Source: Emcibacteraceae bacterium (GTDB lineage Bacteria > Pseudomonadota > Alphaproteobacteria > Sphingomonadales > Emcibacteraceae). From it: a DNA stretch of 64,000 nt. Shown in pieces: positions 28,860 to 38,561 of this stretch (its first letter is position 1; each line of letters opens with the position of its first letter). The notes beneath the pieces were generated by a model, which made no database searches, was not told the origin of the DNA, and saw only the letters and a program-made list of their open reading frames with translations. The translations under genes were made by a program, and so were the position numbers. Where the stretch lies: the NCBI GenBank assembly GCA_028281625.1, contig JANQJN010000162.1:9766-73765 (forward strand), read 5' to 3'.

Positions 28860-29492
28860 ATGTTTAAACCACCGCTTTTTATGGAAAACCGCATTTCGGT
28901 CATGCAAGACCTTATTGATGCCTATTCATTCGGGATACTGATTGCTCATGAAGGAAGTGAATTATCCGTCAATCACCTGCCGTTCGTGCTGCATCGTGAT
29001 CTCGGCGAAAATGGGACGTTACGAGCTCATATGGCCAAAGGTAATCCTCTTTGGAAGGGTTTTGACGAGGGTACCGATGTGGTGGCTATCTTCCAAGGGC
29101 CCCATCATTACGTCAGTCCGTCCTGGTATGCTTCTAAAGCCGAACATGGTAAAGTGGTTCCCACATGGAACTACGCCACAGTTCATGCGAAGGGTTTGCT
29201 TAGGCTTGTTAATGACCCCGACTGGCTTATCGCCCAGATTGGCTCTCTGTCTGACATTCATGAAGCAGGAAGGGATGATCCTTGGAAAATCACGGACGCA
29301 CCGGAAAAATACATCCGTGGCCAAATGAAAGGCATTGTTGGGCTTGAAATTGAAATTGCAGAGCTTACCGGCAAATGGAAAATGAGCCAGAATAAAAATG
29401 AAGCCGATAAAGCGGGCATTCTTGCTGGGCTAACGCACGATGGTGACGAAAACGCCCTTGAGATGATCCGTGTGATGAAAGATATTTTTTGA
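28860..29492 (+). CDS. FMN-binding negative transcriptional regulator (PaiB family)
   Basis: 210 aa. Carries NHLPFVL, HYVSPSWY, VPTWNYATVH and KMSQNK. Confidence 0.8.
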   Translation: MFKPPLFMENRISVMQDLIDAYSFGILIAHEGSELSVNHLPFVLHRDLGENGTLRAHMAKGNPLWKGFDEGTDVVAIFQGPHHYVSPSWYASKAEHGKVVPTWNYATVHAKGLLRLVNDPDWLIAQIGSLSDIHEAGRDDPWKITDAPEKYIRGQMKGIVGLEIEIAELTGKWKMSQNKNEADKAGILAGLTHDGDENALEMIRVMKDIF

Positions 29493-29547
29493 CTCCCTTC
29501 ATAAATCCCCTCATTATAAATTCATTAGAAATATAAGGGAGAAAAAC

Positions 29548-30696
29548 ATGGCAAAAGATATGAACAGAAGAGAAGTGCTGGGCGCAGCGGCGACGGTTGC
29601 AGCGGCGAGCGCCATTGGAACCAGCACCGCCGTTGCAGCGGGACGCGGTCAGGCGCCAGCGGTAATGAGCAGTTATAAACCGCTTGTGGTCGGGGCGCAT
29701 AATGGTAATCGCCTAACCAATGATGATGGGGAAACGGGTGTCGCGATCGCTTACCGCATGATTACGGCAGGGGATGATGTGCTGGACGCGACCATTGCCT
29801 GTAATAATCTTCCCGAGATTTCCGAAGAAGACACGTCCGTGGGCTACGGTGGCCTTCCCGATGCCAACGGTGATGTGACGCTGGATGCCTGCTGTATGCA
29901 CGGACCGCTTAAGCGGGCCGGTGGTGTGGCCTACATACAAGGCGTGCGTATGCCGTCACTGGTTGCCAAGGACGTGATGATGAAAACAAATCATCACTTG
30001 CTCGCTGGGCAGGGGGCAACCGACTTTGCTCGTGAAAATGGTCATCGTGTTGAGGGGGACCTTAACAGTGAGCGGTCCTTTAAACGTTATCTTGAATGGA
30101 AAAAACGGGTCGAGGAAGAAGGCGATAACCGTACCTTCGCTGAGCTAGACCTTGATTTCATTGAAAAGAAAGGCTTCGATGTGGCCTATCAAATGGCCGA
30201 AGAAGGCCGGATTGATATTGAACATATTCACGGCACCATCAACACCAACGCCATTAACCATAAAGGTGAGATTTGCGGTAATACCACCACATCGGGTCGC
30301 AGCTTTAAAGTGCCGGGCCGTGTTGGCGATAGCCCGATCCTGGGGGCAGGCCTATATGTGGATAATGATGTGGGGGCCGCAGGCTCAACCGGCCTTGGTG
30401 AAATGAACCTTTATCATCTTTGTTCATTCCTGATCGTTGAAAAAATGCGTGACGGCATGCATCCGAAGGACGCGGGTATGTATGCACTTGAGCGTGTGCG
30501 TGATTTCTGCATGGGTAACGAGCGCTATATGAATGAAAAAGGTGAAATCAGATTTAACCTGCAGTTTTATGTGCTGGATAAGCAAAGCCGTTATGCCGGT
30601 GTGGCCATGCGCGGCGGCGAAGGTCGCTTCTTCGCGGTCTGCGATGATAATGGCCCACGTCATGAACTGATGGATAGCATTTATATGAATGAATAG
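29548..30696 (+). CDS. Tat-exported Ntn-hydrolase, glycosylasparaginase / isoaspartyl peptidase family
   Basis: Twin-arginine signal MNRREVLGAAATVAAASA. Carries the HGTIN autoprocessing site and GDSPILGAGLYVDNDVGAAGSTGLGE. Confidence 0.85.
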   Translation: MAKDMNRREVLGAAATVAAASAIGTSTAVAAGRGQAPAVMSSYKPLVVGAHNGNRLTNDDGETGVAIAYRMITAGDDVLDATIACNNLPEISEEDTSVGYGGLPDANGDVTLDACCMHGPLKRAGGVAYIQGVRMPSLVAKDVMMKTNHHLLAGQGATDFARENGHRVEGDLNSERSFKRYLEWKKRVEEEGDNRTFAELDLDFIEKKGFDVAYQMAEEGRIDIEHIHGTINTNAINHKGEICGNTTTSGRSFKVPGRVGDSPILGAGLYVDNDVGAAGSTGLGEMNLYHLCSFLIVEKMRDGMHPKDAGMYALERVRDFCMGNERYMNEKGEIRFNLQFYVLDKQSRYAGVAMRGGEGRFFAVCDDNGPRHELMDSIYMNE

Positions 30697-31438
30697 AGGT
30701 GCTAAATTGGGGGAAATTTATAGAAATTTGCATTGTCTTATCTTGATGGTGCTGCTGTGCGCAGCGCCATCTGTAAGTGCGCAAGTTTTAGGAGGTGATC
30801 AAATAAAGGTTCCAACACCACGTGACATATCCCAAGAAGAGGTAATCGAACGCTCAAATGCAGAGGATCGAATTTACGCAGGATTCGAGAAGCTTAGTCT
30901 AGTGCAGCAAGATCAACTAAACAAAATTGAACCAAGTGATCCAGATGGACCCGGATTATATTATCCGTGTTCCGTTGAACTTGTGGACGGAACTGTTATA
31001 GAGAATGCAATTATTCGAAATATGGACGCTTATTTGCGTGAAGGCGGTATCTTGTTTGATATAGAAGGTGCATTCGCTTCAAAATTTCCGGTCACTGAAA
31101 TCAAACGTATTTTTCCTTCAAAAAATAGGTTGCCGATCGAATTCTCTAAAGAAATTCACACATATTGGGAAACAGGAATGGGCTATTTGCTTTTTCACAT
31201 GTCGTTCGATGATGGTTCTAAAAAGATAGTAGCTGGAGGAGCTGCGACTGATTTTTATGATCTACCAGCAGGATACGCATTGGAAAATATTGTTAAAGTA
31301 GAGCCATTCGATAGAGAAACAGATGTCTGGTCCGGCGAAACAGATATATTACCTAGCGAAGATATAGTGATATTCAGGTTTCGTGAGAGCGATATAAGAC
31401 CAAGTACGAAAAATCCATTTTACGAAATAAATCCCTAA
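30689..31438 (+). CDS. secreted hypothetical protein
   Basis: 249 aa with signal-like LILMVLLCAAPSVSAQ. No family recognised. Overlaps the previous gene by 8 nt. Confidence 0.5.
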   Translation: MNRGAKLGEIYRNLHCLILMVLLCAAPSVSAQVLGGDQIKVPTPRDISQEEVIERSNAEDRIYAGFEKLSLVQQDQLNKIEPSDPDGPGLYYPCSVELVDGTVIENAIIRNMDAYLREGGILFDIEGAFASKFPVTEIKRIFPSKNRLPIEFSKEIHTYWETGMGYLLFHMSFDDGSKKIVAGGAATDFYDLPAGYALENIVKVEPFDRETDVWSGETDILPSEDIVIFRFRESDIRPSTKNPFYEINP

Positions 31439-31818
31439 TCCGCTGCAATAACCTCAATCTCTAGAAGCCAGCTTTCATCATATATACCCGCGATCACCAC
31501 TGTGAGCGCGGGTTTTCTATGTCCGAGAATTTCCTGTCTAATCCGGCTATTTTCGTCGCAAAATTCGCGGCTTGAAAGGAAGGTGGTGTGTTTAACCACA
31601 TTATCAAGCGTCATATCCGCAGCTTCCAGCTGGTGGATTACATTTTTCCAAGCAAGTCTAGCCTGATCGGAAAAATCCTTTGGGGTGTTGCCGTTCTTAT
31701 CCACAGGGATCTGACCGCTTATGTAAAGGGTGCGGGTCGCCCCGGTCACCTCAACTGCCTGCGAGTATCCGCCCGATGGCGCTTCGGTTTCGGGGGCATT
31801 AACAGATTTTATTTTCAT
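31435..31818 (-). CDS. RidA/YjgF-family protein
   Basis: 127 aa. Carries APSGGYSQAV, ISGQIP and the C-terminus EIEVIA. Confidence 0.85.
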   Translation of the reverse strand: MKIKSVNAPETEAPSGGYSQAVEVTGATRTLYISGQIPVDKNGNTPKDFSDQARLAWKNVIHQLEAADMTLDNVVKHTTFLSSREFCDENSRIRQEILGHRKPALTVVIAGIYDESWLLEIEVIAAD

Positions 31819-31820
31819 TT

Positions 31821-33206
31821 TTAAAACATAAACCTTATGTGGTTTGTCATTGCGACTTTAGGGTCTGTTTCGTCTTCCAGCCTGACTACAGAGCGCACAT
31901 AACAGCTACGCCTGTCTGTGCCTTCACTTAGTGCTGGCAGCATAAGTCGGACAAAACTCTCATTTTCAGAAACCACACTGCTTCCTACAATTGCGGGATT
32001 GCCGTCCGAACAGTTGCTTATAAATTCTACAGTAAGTGATTTGCCAAGTGAACCACCACTTCGGGTAAGTGAAATATTTAGCTCGATATTTTTGTCTTCG
32101 CCAAGCTGAACCACTGAACCCGGGCGGGCGACTGTATCCACACCGACTACTTTTGCTGAAAGATCGAAACGATTAAGGATCATGCCCATATCTGCCCAGA
32201 ATGTCCCTGCGCGTAACGCCTGAAGCACCCCTTCGTGGCTACGCTCCGGTATTTCAACATGGGTACGTGAAAATGTGCATGGCGGGAAGTCTTCCTCCAA
32301 ATTGTGAAAATCAGAACTGGCCAGCGCGCCCCACATTTGGTATCCACTTCCCAGCATCTGATCCCAAATATCGCCAACATTTCCCGCGATATGATCCCAT
32401 CGATTGACCGTTTTAATATCTCCTTCGTAAAGGCCATGGGGTTCAACATTTTGATGGCCAGGCCCGCCTTCAAATCCGACAAAATGTGGTGACCAACGGC
32501 TCCAGGCGATCAGGTCGTTTTTATTTTCGATAATGTTACCGTCCTGTCGGCTCGGGTGGTTATAAAATACCAAAGTTGACGCACCTACACCGTTGTAATT
32601 ATTCACTGCCTGGAAAAAGGGTTCGTCAAAGGCACGGGTTATGTCCTTTGTTTCGCTATCATCATTTTCTTTTTCGGCGAGAGCCCGCAGGGCCGCCAGA
32701 CTGCGGCGCTCCTGATCGGGATGCGTGATCAGTGTCAGATGTTCACGCCCATTGTAAGACGGAATGTTAATCTCAAGCGCACTAAAGACAATCATGTTGG
32801 GATAAGATGTACGAATGGCATCTATTTCATTAAAGCGAGCCGGGGAGGAAACACCCTGAATATCCGAATGATCGGTAAAAGCCAGGGCGCCGCAACGATC
32901 CGCGGAAATGGCGGCGAGGCGTGATTGGCTGATGGTTCCGTCGGAAAATTCAGTATGGGTGTGCGAATCAAAAATGATGTAATTGCCATTTCCTGACCAG
33001 GCGGGTTGGGTAATTTCAGGTTTGTCTGGCAAGTCATTTGCGATGCTCAAGGTGCTTAGGGGGCTAAGTTCAGGTTCCTTGGGTAAGGTCATATAAATAA
33101 AAAAACCAATTGGCAGAATGATCATGAGCACGCCAATTGCGACACCAATTATCTTTTTTGCAGTTCTTCCAGAGTTCGGTTTTACAAACTGGTTCACGTT
33201 AAACAC
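31821..33206 (-). CDS. membrane-anchored PHP-domain (CehA/McbA-like) metallohydrolase
   Basis: 461 aa with an N-terminal TM anchor. Carries the FDSHTHTEFSDG and FTDHSD metal motifs. Confidence 0.65.
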   Translation of the reverse strand: MFNVNQFVKPNSGRTAKKIIGVAIGVLMIILPIGFFIYMTLPKEPELSPLSTLSIANDLPDKPEITQPAWSGNGNYIIFDSHTHTEFSDGTISQSRLAAISADRCGALAFTDHSDIQGVSSPARFNEIDAIRTSYPNMIVFSALEINIPSYNGREHLTLITHPDQERRSLAALRALAEKENDDSETKDITRAFDEPFFQAVNNYNGVGASTLVFYNHPSRQDGNIIENKNDLIAWSRWSPHFVGFEGGPGHQNVEPHGLYEGDIKTVNRWDHIAGNVGDIWDQMLGSGYQMWGALASSDFHNLEEDFPPCTFSRTHVEIPERSHEGVLQALRAGTFWADMGMILNRFDLSAKVVGVDTVARPGSVVQLGEDKNIELNISLTRSGGSLGKSLTVEFISNCSDGNPAIVGSSVVSENESFVRLMLPALSEGTDRRSCYVRSVVRLEDETDPKVAMTNHIRFMF

Positions 33207-33287
33207 CCCATATCATTATGTTCCGCGATGCTATTTGCTCGCATGATAACGGGAAAAGATAAATAAATGCTATACGGCGGCTAAAAG

Positions 33288-33815
33288 CTATACTTCTTTA
33301 AGTCGTGGCATCATTTCCGCCATATTGCAGGGACGGAAACGGATATCCAGCTGCTCTGCGAAGATATGATCCCAGGCGTCTTTGCAGGCGCCAGGAGATC
33401 CGGGAACGGCAAACATATATGTTCCACCGGAAACGCCACCCGTCGCCCGTGATTGCAGGGTGGAAGTGCCGATCAGTTTGAATGAGATTGCCCTAAATAC
33501 TTCACCAAATCCTTCGATTTCCTTGTCATAAAATTCGTGGAAAATTTCAGGTGTGATGTCCCGGCCAGTCAGACCCGTCCCACCTGTGGAAATGATTACC
33601 TCAACTTCGTCATCATCAATCCATTTGCGAAGTTGCGCGCGTAGATCGTCTTTATCATCTTTGATGATCGCACGGTCAGCTAGTTTGTGCCCTGCGTCCA
33701 TTAAGCGATCCACAAGCACCTGACCGGATATATCATCGTCGAGGCCGCGGGTGTCAGAAAGGGTGAGAATGGCTATTTTTAAAGGTAGAAAATCTTTAGT
33801 CTGATCGATTGGCAT
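33288..33815 (-). CDS. moaB: molybdenum cofactor biosynthesis protein B
   Basis: Carries ILTLSDTRG, STGGTGLTGRD and AVPGSPGA. The start is taken at MPIDQ (33815). The ORF-track extension to 33866 would overlap the upstream gene by 71 nt. Confidence 0.88.
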   Translation of the reverse strand: MPIDQTKDFLPLKIAILTLSDTRGLDDDISGQVLVDRLMDAGHKLADRAIIKDDKDDLRAQLRKWIDDDEVEVIISTGGTGLTGRDITPEIFHEFYDKEIEGFGEVFRAISFKLIGTSTLQSRATGGVSGGTYMFAVPGSPGACKDAWDHIFAEQLDIRFRPCNMAEMMPRLKEV

Positions 33816-35613
33816 ATCTTGTTTCTTTATTGTTTGCTGCCGTTTGAATGTTGTCTTGTGCCTCATAAGTGGGCCATTTGCCTTGAGCTATAAGATCAAG
33901 CGTTGGAGTATCCTGGCCCATACGCATACGATATATCCACATGTTTGAAAATACACGTTCAATATAAATGCGTGTTTCCCGCGCGGGTATGCTTTCAATA
34001 TAAAGCAACGGGTCATCCTGGAAATTAGTACTTTTGACCCACTTTTGCATATTGCCAGGTCCGGCGTTATATGCGGTGAGGGACTTAAACAGGTTATTTT
34101 CAGCAAAATTTTCCAGCATGGTTTTCATATATTTTTGACCAAGGAACATATTATAGCGTGGATCATCCAGCTTAATGCGTTGCAAACGACGGTTTTGTGA
34201 CATATCACCAGCAGCGCCCATCATTAATTGCATCAGTCCACGGGCACCGGCGCCACTTTTGGCCCAGCTGTTAAAGGCGCTTTCCTGACGGATCATGCCA
34301 AAAAGCAGCGCACGGTCGAGAGTGTATCCGCCTTCTGGTGTAATATAGGGTACCGGATAAAGTGAGCTATCCAATGCGGCAATGCGCTTTTGTTCTTCAA
34401 TGCGACCAATTTGAAGCTGGGTTGCTGCCAAGCCAAGGCGTGCTGCCAGGCCAAGCAAGGCGGCATGTTGACTATCCCGCGTCCGGCTCCAAGCCACAGA
34501 AAGTTCCTGATCAGCGAGAGTGTTTTCACCAACTTGTGCAAGAGCGATAGCACGGTGAACCGATGAAATTCCGCGCAGTTCACGGTAATCACTTTCAGTA
34601 AATTCTGGTGCTGTCCAGTCAAGATCTATCTCCACACCAAGTTGACGTGCGGCTAAGATACCATAGAAGGTTTTTTCAAATTCCGCTGCTTTTTTGAGCA
34701 TTTTTGATACTTGGGCTGGTTGACGACAATTAAGATAGGAGCGTGCCGCCCAGAAAGCACCTGCCGCAGCTGTCCAGTCACCGGCGACCGCTGAATCAGC
34801 AACATGGCTGAAATGTTCGGCAGCCACCGTGCAATCACCAAGGCGCCAGGCACTTAGGCCAGCGATCCAGTCCGCTTGCGAGATATGTTCGCGGGAACGG
34901 CTGGCAAGCTGCGCTAGCGCGAATGCTTTCTCATCGTGATTGGTCAGATAATATTCGTTGGCAATGCGTGAAAGTTGCTGATCAATTTCGCGGGAGGTGA
35001 GAATGCCACGTTCCGTGAAGGCCCAAAGGCGTTTTTCAGCGCGGGATGCGTTATGTTGCCGAAGATAGCGATTGATGGTCCGGTTAAGTTCCGCTACATC
35101 ACGGCGCTCCTGTCTTTTTCGAAGCTGAGCTTCCGTTGGTGGTGGTGCTGGCTTCGCCGCTTCTGCCTTGGCAGCTTCAATTTCAGCGCGGGAAGGGGGC
35201 GTCGGTTTGTCCGCTGGGAAGGCATATGTACGGCCGGTCATTGGCTGCATCATTCCACCAGTTGATCCACCATTCTTTCGTTTGCCAAGATCATATATGC
35301 GCTGTGCACCGGGAAGGTCACCGTAGCTTTCCATCCAGGCCTTAAGTTCAGAAAATTTTGACGTATAAGCTGTCGCATGCATATAGCGTTGATACCAAAC
35401 ATGGCCCATTAGGATCGTGTTTTCGATTTTTTTAATCTCATCATCCGCCTGTTTCCAGCGGCCACGGTTTTGCTCATAAAAAATATTGCGGTAAGTTTCC
35501 ACATCAGCAGGACTGAGCGGCTCGAGGGTGAAGTTATCCAAACTCGACTGTGCATTTGCTCCAAACACAACTAACACACTCGAAAGAGCTATAATCAGAA
35601 ACTGTCTCAACAT
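33796..35613 (-). CDS. soluble lytic murein transglycosylase (Slt70-like) with signal peptide
   Basis: 605 aa. The N-terminus is a superhelical repeat region. The C-terminal catalytic region carries MIRQESAFNSWAKSGAGARGLMQLM and AYNAGPG. Confidence 0.88.
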   Translation of the reverse strand: MLRQFLIIALSSVLVVFGANAQSSLDNFTLEPLSPADVETYRNIFYEQNRGRWKQADDEIKKIENTILMGHVWYQRYMHATAYTSKFSELKAWMESYGDLPGAQRIYDLGKRKNGGSTGGMMQPMTGRTYAFPADKPTPPSRAEIEAAKAEAAKPAPPPTEAQLRKRQERRDVAELNRTINRYLRQHNASRAEKRLWAFTERGILTSREIDQQLSRIANEYYLTNHDEKAFALAQLASRSREHISQADWIAGLSAWRLGDCTVAAEHFSHVADSAVAGDWTAAAGAFWAARSYLNCRQPAQVSKMLKKAAEFEKTFYGILAARQLGVEIDLDWTAPEFTESDYRELRGISSVHRAIALAQVGENTLADQELSVAWSRTRDSQHAALLGLAARLGLAATQLQIGRIEEQKRIAALDSSLYPVPYITPEGGYTLDRALLFGMIRQESAFNSWAKSGAGARGLMQLMMGAAGDMSQNRRLQRIKLDDPRYNMFLGQKYMKTMLENFAENNLFKSLTAYNAGPGNMQKWVKSTNFQDDPLLYIESIPARETRIYIERVFSNMWIYRMRMGQDTPTLDLIAQGKWPTYEAQDNIQTAANNKETRYANRSD

Positions 35614-35617
35614 ACTC

Positions 35618-36424
35618 TTAACTCTCTAATCTCTCTTTTATGGTGAGCAAGTCATGCCAGGCTTGTTTTTTGCACTGTGGCTGACGCAGCAAATAGGCCG
35701 GATGAAAGATCGGCATTAGCGGTATTTTCTGTTCACCAAGGGCATAATCATACCATTTTCCACGTAATTTTGTAATACCCGTCTTTGTATTCAGGATAGC
35801 AGTTGCAGATGTACCGCCGATTAACACAATCATTTTCGGATTAAAGAGCTCGATATGACGTTTTAAAAATGGCAGGCAGAGGTCGCATTCCTGATCTGTC
35901 GGTTTACGATTGCCTGGTGGGCGCCACGGGAGCACATTGGTGATGTAAAAATCCTGTTCTCGGTTCATGTTAATGGTGGCGAACATACGGTCAAGTAGTT
36001 TGCCTGCCTGGCCGACAAATGGTTTTCCGATCCTGTCTTCGTCTGCGCCGGGTGCTTCACCGATCAGCATGATGTCACTATCCGGATTCCCATCACAAAA
36101 TACTGTATTTGAAGCCGTTTTCTTTAAACTACAGCCATCAAATTCAAGAATCGCTGCATTAAGCGCCGATAGGCTGTCACATCCTGCAGCCATTTGCTTT
36201 GCTTCCTCAATCAGTTCACGGTTTGACGCTAGTGGTGCTGTCGGTGTTTGTGGTCTGGGTTTAGGTGAATTTACGCTAACCTGTTGTTTTAATGGCGCTT
36301 CTGATTTTTTCTCGAACCAGTTTATTTCCTGGTCAGAGATGCATTCGTCCACCCCACACTCTACATACCACTGCAGTAATTGTGCTGGTTCAAGTTCAGA
36401 TTGTACGCTCAAATTTGTCGTCAT
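35618..36424 (-). CDS. uracil-DNA glycosylase, family 4
   Basis: 268 aa. Carries [26 protein letters not shown] and HPAYLLR. Confidence 0.88.
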   Translation of the reverse strand: MTTNLSVQSELEPAQLLQWYVECGVDECISDQEINWFEKKSEAPLKQQVSVNSPKPRPQTPTAPLASNRELIEEAKQMAAGCDSLSALNAAILEFDGCSLKKTASNTVFCDGNPDSDIMLIGEAPGADEDRIGKPFVGQAGKLLDRMFATINMNREQDFYITNVLPWRPPGNRKPTDQECDLCLPFLKRHIELFNPKMIVLIGGTSATAILNTKTGITKLRGKWYDYALGEQKIPLMPIFHPAYLLRQPQCKKQAWHDLLTIKERLES

Positions 36425-36542
36425 GGGGCAACTATATAACAGGAAGATTAAAATTTTAATTACATTATTTATTTCTTTTGTATTTTTTTACTGTGTCATT
36501 AATATGAGCACATCGGGGCAATTTCGGGGTTATTAATAGGCA

Positions 36543-37478
36543 ATGGCAGGACATTCTTCTAAAAAGGTCATATTAGCGGCGCTAATTGGCAACTTTCTTA
36601 TTTTTGTCAGTAAACTCGCTGCAGCGATTTATACAAGTTCATCAGCGATGTTTTCAGAAGCGGTTCACAGTATCGTGGACTGTGGCAATCAGGTGCTGCT
36701 TCTTTACGGTATAAAGAAAGCAGATCGTAAGCCCGACAAGGACCACCCATTTGGATATGGCAAGGAACTCTATTTCTGGTCTTTCTGTGTGGCGATGATT
36801 ATTTTTGCGGTCGGTGCTGGCGTATCGCTCTATGAAGGATTTCATAAGATCTATGAGCCTGCTGAGATCACCAGCATTCATATCAACTATATTGTGCTTA
36901 TCGTCGCCATCTGTTTTGAAGCTTACCCGTGGAAAATGGCCTACGACGAATTTAACCGCCGGCGTGGTGATACAGGCATGGTGGAAGCAGTGCATGAGTC
37001 AAAGGATCCAAGTCTGTTTGCGATCCTGTTTGAAGATACAGCAGCCATGCTCGGCCTGTTCGCAGCTTTAATTGGCCTGTTTGTTGGCGATTATTTCAAT
37101 ATCCCGGAAGCAGATGGGATCGCCTCGGTTGTGATCGGTCTGATCCTGGCGAGCACAGCCGCAGTTCTTGCCTTTGAATGCAAAAGCCTGCTGATCGGTG
37201 AAGCTGCCGATCCAGCGCTGATTGACAGCATTAGTGATTTGTTTGAAGGTCACCCTTCAGTCGATAATATCAATGAAGTGCTAACCATGCACTTTAGCCC
37301 CAATGATATTCTTTTAAACCTCAGTCTGGATTTTAAAAATAACCTTCCAGCAGGGCAGGTGGAAAGTATCATCACTGAAACGGAGCGCGACATTAAACAG
37401 CGCCATCCGCAGATCAAACGTATCTTTATCGAAGCTCAAAGCCAACGCGGCCATTTGGTGAATGCGAAGATGGATTAG
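36543..37478 (+). CDS. cation diffusion facilitator (CDF) family metal efflux transporter
   Basis: 311 aa with 6 TM segments. Carries SEAVHSIVD and FEDTAAMLG metal-site motifs and a C-terminal cytoplasmic domain. Confidence 0.88.
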   Translation: MAGHSSKKVILAALIGNFLIFVSKLAAAIYTSSSAMFSEAVHSIVDCGNQVLLLYGIKKADRKPDKDHPFGYGKELYFWSFCVAMIIFAVGAGVSLYEGFHKIYEPAEITSIHINYIVLIVAICFEAYPWKMAYDEFNRRRGDTGMVEAVHESKDPSLFAILFEDTAAMLGLFAALIGLFVGDYFNIPEADGIASVVIGLILASTAAVLAFECKSLLIGEAADPALIDSISDLFEGHPSVDNINEVLTMHFSPNDILLNLSLDFKNNLPAGQVESIITETERDIKQRHPQIKRIFIEAQSQRGHLVNAKMD

Positions 37479-37498
37479 GACGTTTTGAGTAAAGCGTC
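37479..37498 (+). terminator. weak hairpin after the CDF gene
   Basis: gacgtttt-gagt-aaagcgtc forms an 8-bp stem including one G-U pair. There is no strong T-run, so read-through into arsR is possible. Confidence 0.3.
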
Positions 37499-37568
37499 TT
37501 AGATCAAAAAATTGTTGATACGTTTATTTATTTGCATTATTGTGCATATATACATATGAGGTGATGAT

Positions 37569-37850
37569 ATGGAACAGGAATTGGTCTTTAAAGCCCTGAG
37601 TGATCCAAACAGGATGAAGATTTTGAACAATTTATGCTCGCGCGATTGCCCGTGCAACGTGGGGGATGTAGCGTGCTGCTGCACCGTTGATTTATCGGTC
37701 GTGAGTCGACATTTGAGCATACTAAAGAATGCGGGGATTGTATCCGCTGAAAAACGCGGTAAAGAAGTTTTTTACCACGTAAACCGGTCGAATGTTGCGG
37801 CGATGCTTCGTGCGACTGCCGACCAAATTGAAAAATCATGTTGTTCATAA
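37569..37850 (+). CDS. ArsR/SmtB-family metalloregulator, unusually Cys-rich
   Basis: 93 aa. The winged HTH carries LSDPNRMKIL and VSRHLSILKNAGIV. Thiolate clusters are CSRDCPC, ACCCTVDLS (alpha3 site position) and a C-terminal SCCS. Confidence 0.88.
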   Translation: MEQELVFKALSDPNRMKILNNLCSRDCPCNVGDVACCCTVDLSVVSRHLSILKNAGIVSAEKRGKEVFYHVNRSNVAAMLRATADQIEKSCCS

Positions 37851-37860
37851 AAAGGAGAAA

Positions 37861-37950
37861 ATGATGACAGCAGAAGAAGAAAAGAAATGCAACTGTGAAA
37901 AGGGTTGCGACTGTTCTCAGTGTGACTGTGATTGTTGCAAAGAGGAATAA
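37861..37950 (+). CDS. 29-aa Cys-rich micro-protein, metallothionein-like (unannotated)
   Basis: AAAGGAGAAA lies immediately upstream of the ATG at 37861. Translation MMTAEEEKKCNCEKGCDCSQCDCDCCKEE has 8 Cys in CxC/CxCxCC spacing. It starts 10 nt after the arsR stop and is followed by hairpins at 37955-37986 and 38026-38063. Confidence 0.6.
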   Translation: MMTAEEEKKCNCEKGCDCSQCDCDCCKEE

Positions 37951-38025
37951 AAATGGCGCTTATGACCGTGCAGGGTCATAAACGCCGGAATGGTTCATAG
38001 AACCACTCGTTTGAAACTTAATTAT

Positions 38026-38063
38026 AAAGGCTGGTGGCTTGATTTTCAAGGGATCAGCCTTTT
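38026..38063 (+). terminator. imperfect hairpin plus T-rich tail ending the arsR micro-ORF transcript, overlapping the stop of the convergent rhodanese gene
   Basis: Outer arms are aaaggctg (38026-38033) and cagccttt (38055-38062). The inner stem is cttga-ttt-tcaag. It is followed by tttactcttc. Confidence 0.5.
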
Positions 38064-38517
38064 ACTCTTCTGAGGCTTTCCAATCCACGATACCGCCGTC
38101 AAGGGTGCTCACATCATACCCCTTTTCATTTAAGTATGTGGCTGCCTTGTGTGATACCCAAGCGCCTTTAACGCAATAAAGGACTACTTTCTTATCTTTT
38201 GGAAGAAGGTCAGCCCAACTGGCGATCAGTTCAGGATCACGGTATTCTGCACCGGGTATTAGCGTCGGATCAGTCTCAAAATCCTCTGTCAGGCGCACAT
38301 CAACGATGGTGATGTCTTCTGCTGCTTTAAGGTCCTTAAGTTCAGAAACAGAAAGATTTTTACTGTATTCTGGCCTTATATCATTGCGAAAGACGAAATC
38401 TCCCGCTTGCTGCGTAATTTCCTGCGCGGGCAGCGAAACCACATAAATGGCTCCTATTGTAGCGATAAGTGCGATGATAATTTTCATGGCATTTCTTAAC
38501 CCTGTTTTATTCTCCAT
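38062..38517 (-). CDS. periplasmic rhodanese-like domain protein
   Basis: 151 aa with a signal peptide. The single rhodanese fold has an LYCVKGAW active-site-loop position. Confidence 0.75.
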   Translation of the reverse strand: MENKTGLRNAMKIIIALIATIGAIYVVSLPAQEITQQAGDFVFRNDIRPEYSKNLSVSELKDLKAAEDITIVDVRLTEDFETDPTLIPGAEYRDPELIASWADLLPKDKKVVLYCVKGAWVSHKAATYLNEKGYDVSTLDGGIVDWKASEE

Positions 38518-38561
38518 ATTGCCTAATATTCTCAGAAAAATGAGTCTTAATTGAGGCGAAA

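Noticed and set aside
33816-33866. 71-nt overlap between the moaB ORF and the lytic transglycosylase gene.
   Set aside because: This is an artefact of taking the longest ORF. The conserved MoaB sequence begins at MPIDQ (33815), which leaves only a 20-nt overlap.
35967-36536. Long antisense ORFs in the track, including 35967-36536 (189 aa), 46972-47532 (186 aa), 10814-11299 (161 aa), 46728-47198 (156 aa), 4659-5078 (139 aa), 12272-12676 (134 aa), 25446-25838 and 24733-25125 (130 aa each), and 4221-4607 (128 aa).
   Set aside because: Each lies entirely inside, and opposite to or out of frame with, a CDS that has clear family motifs. Their translations are low-complexity or Ser/Arg/Leu-rich with no motifs. 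They look like typical shadow ORFs.
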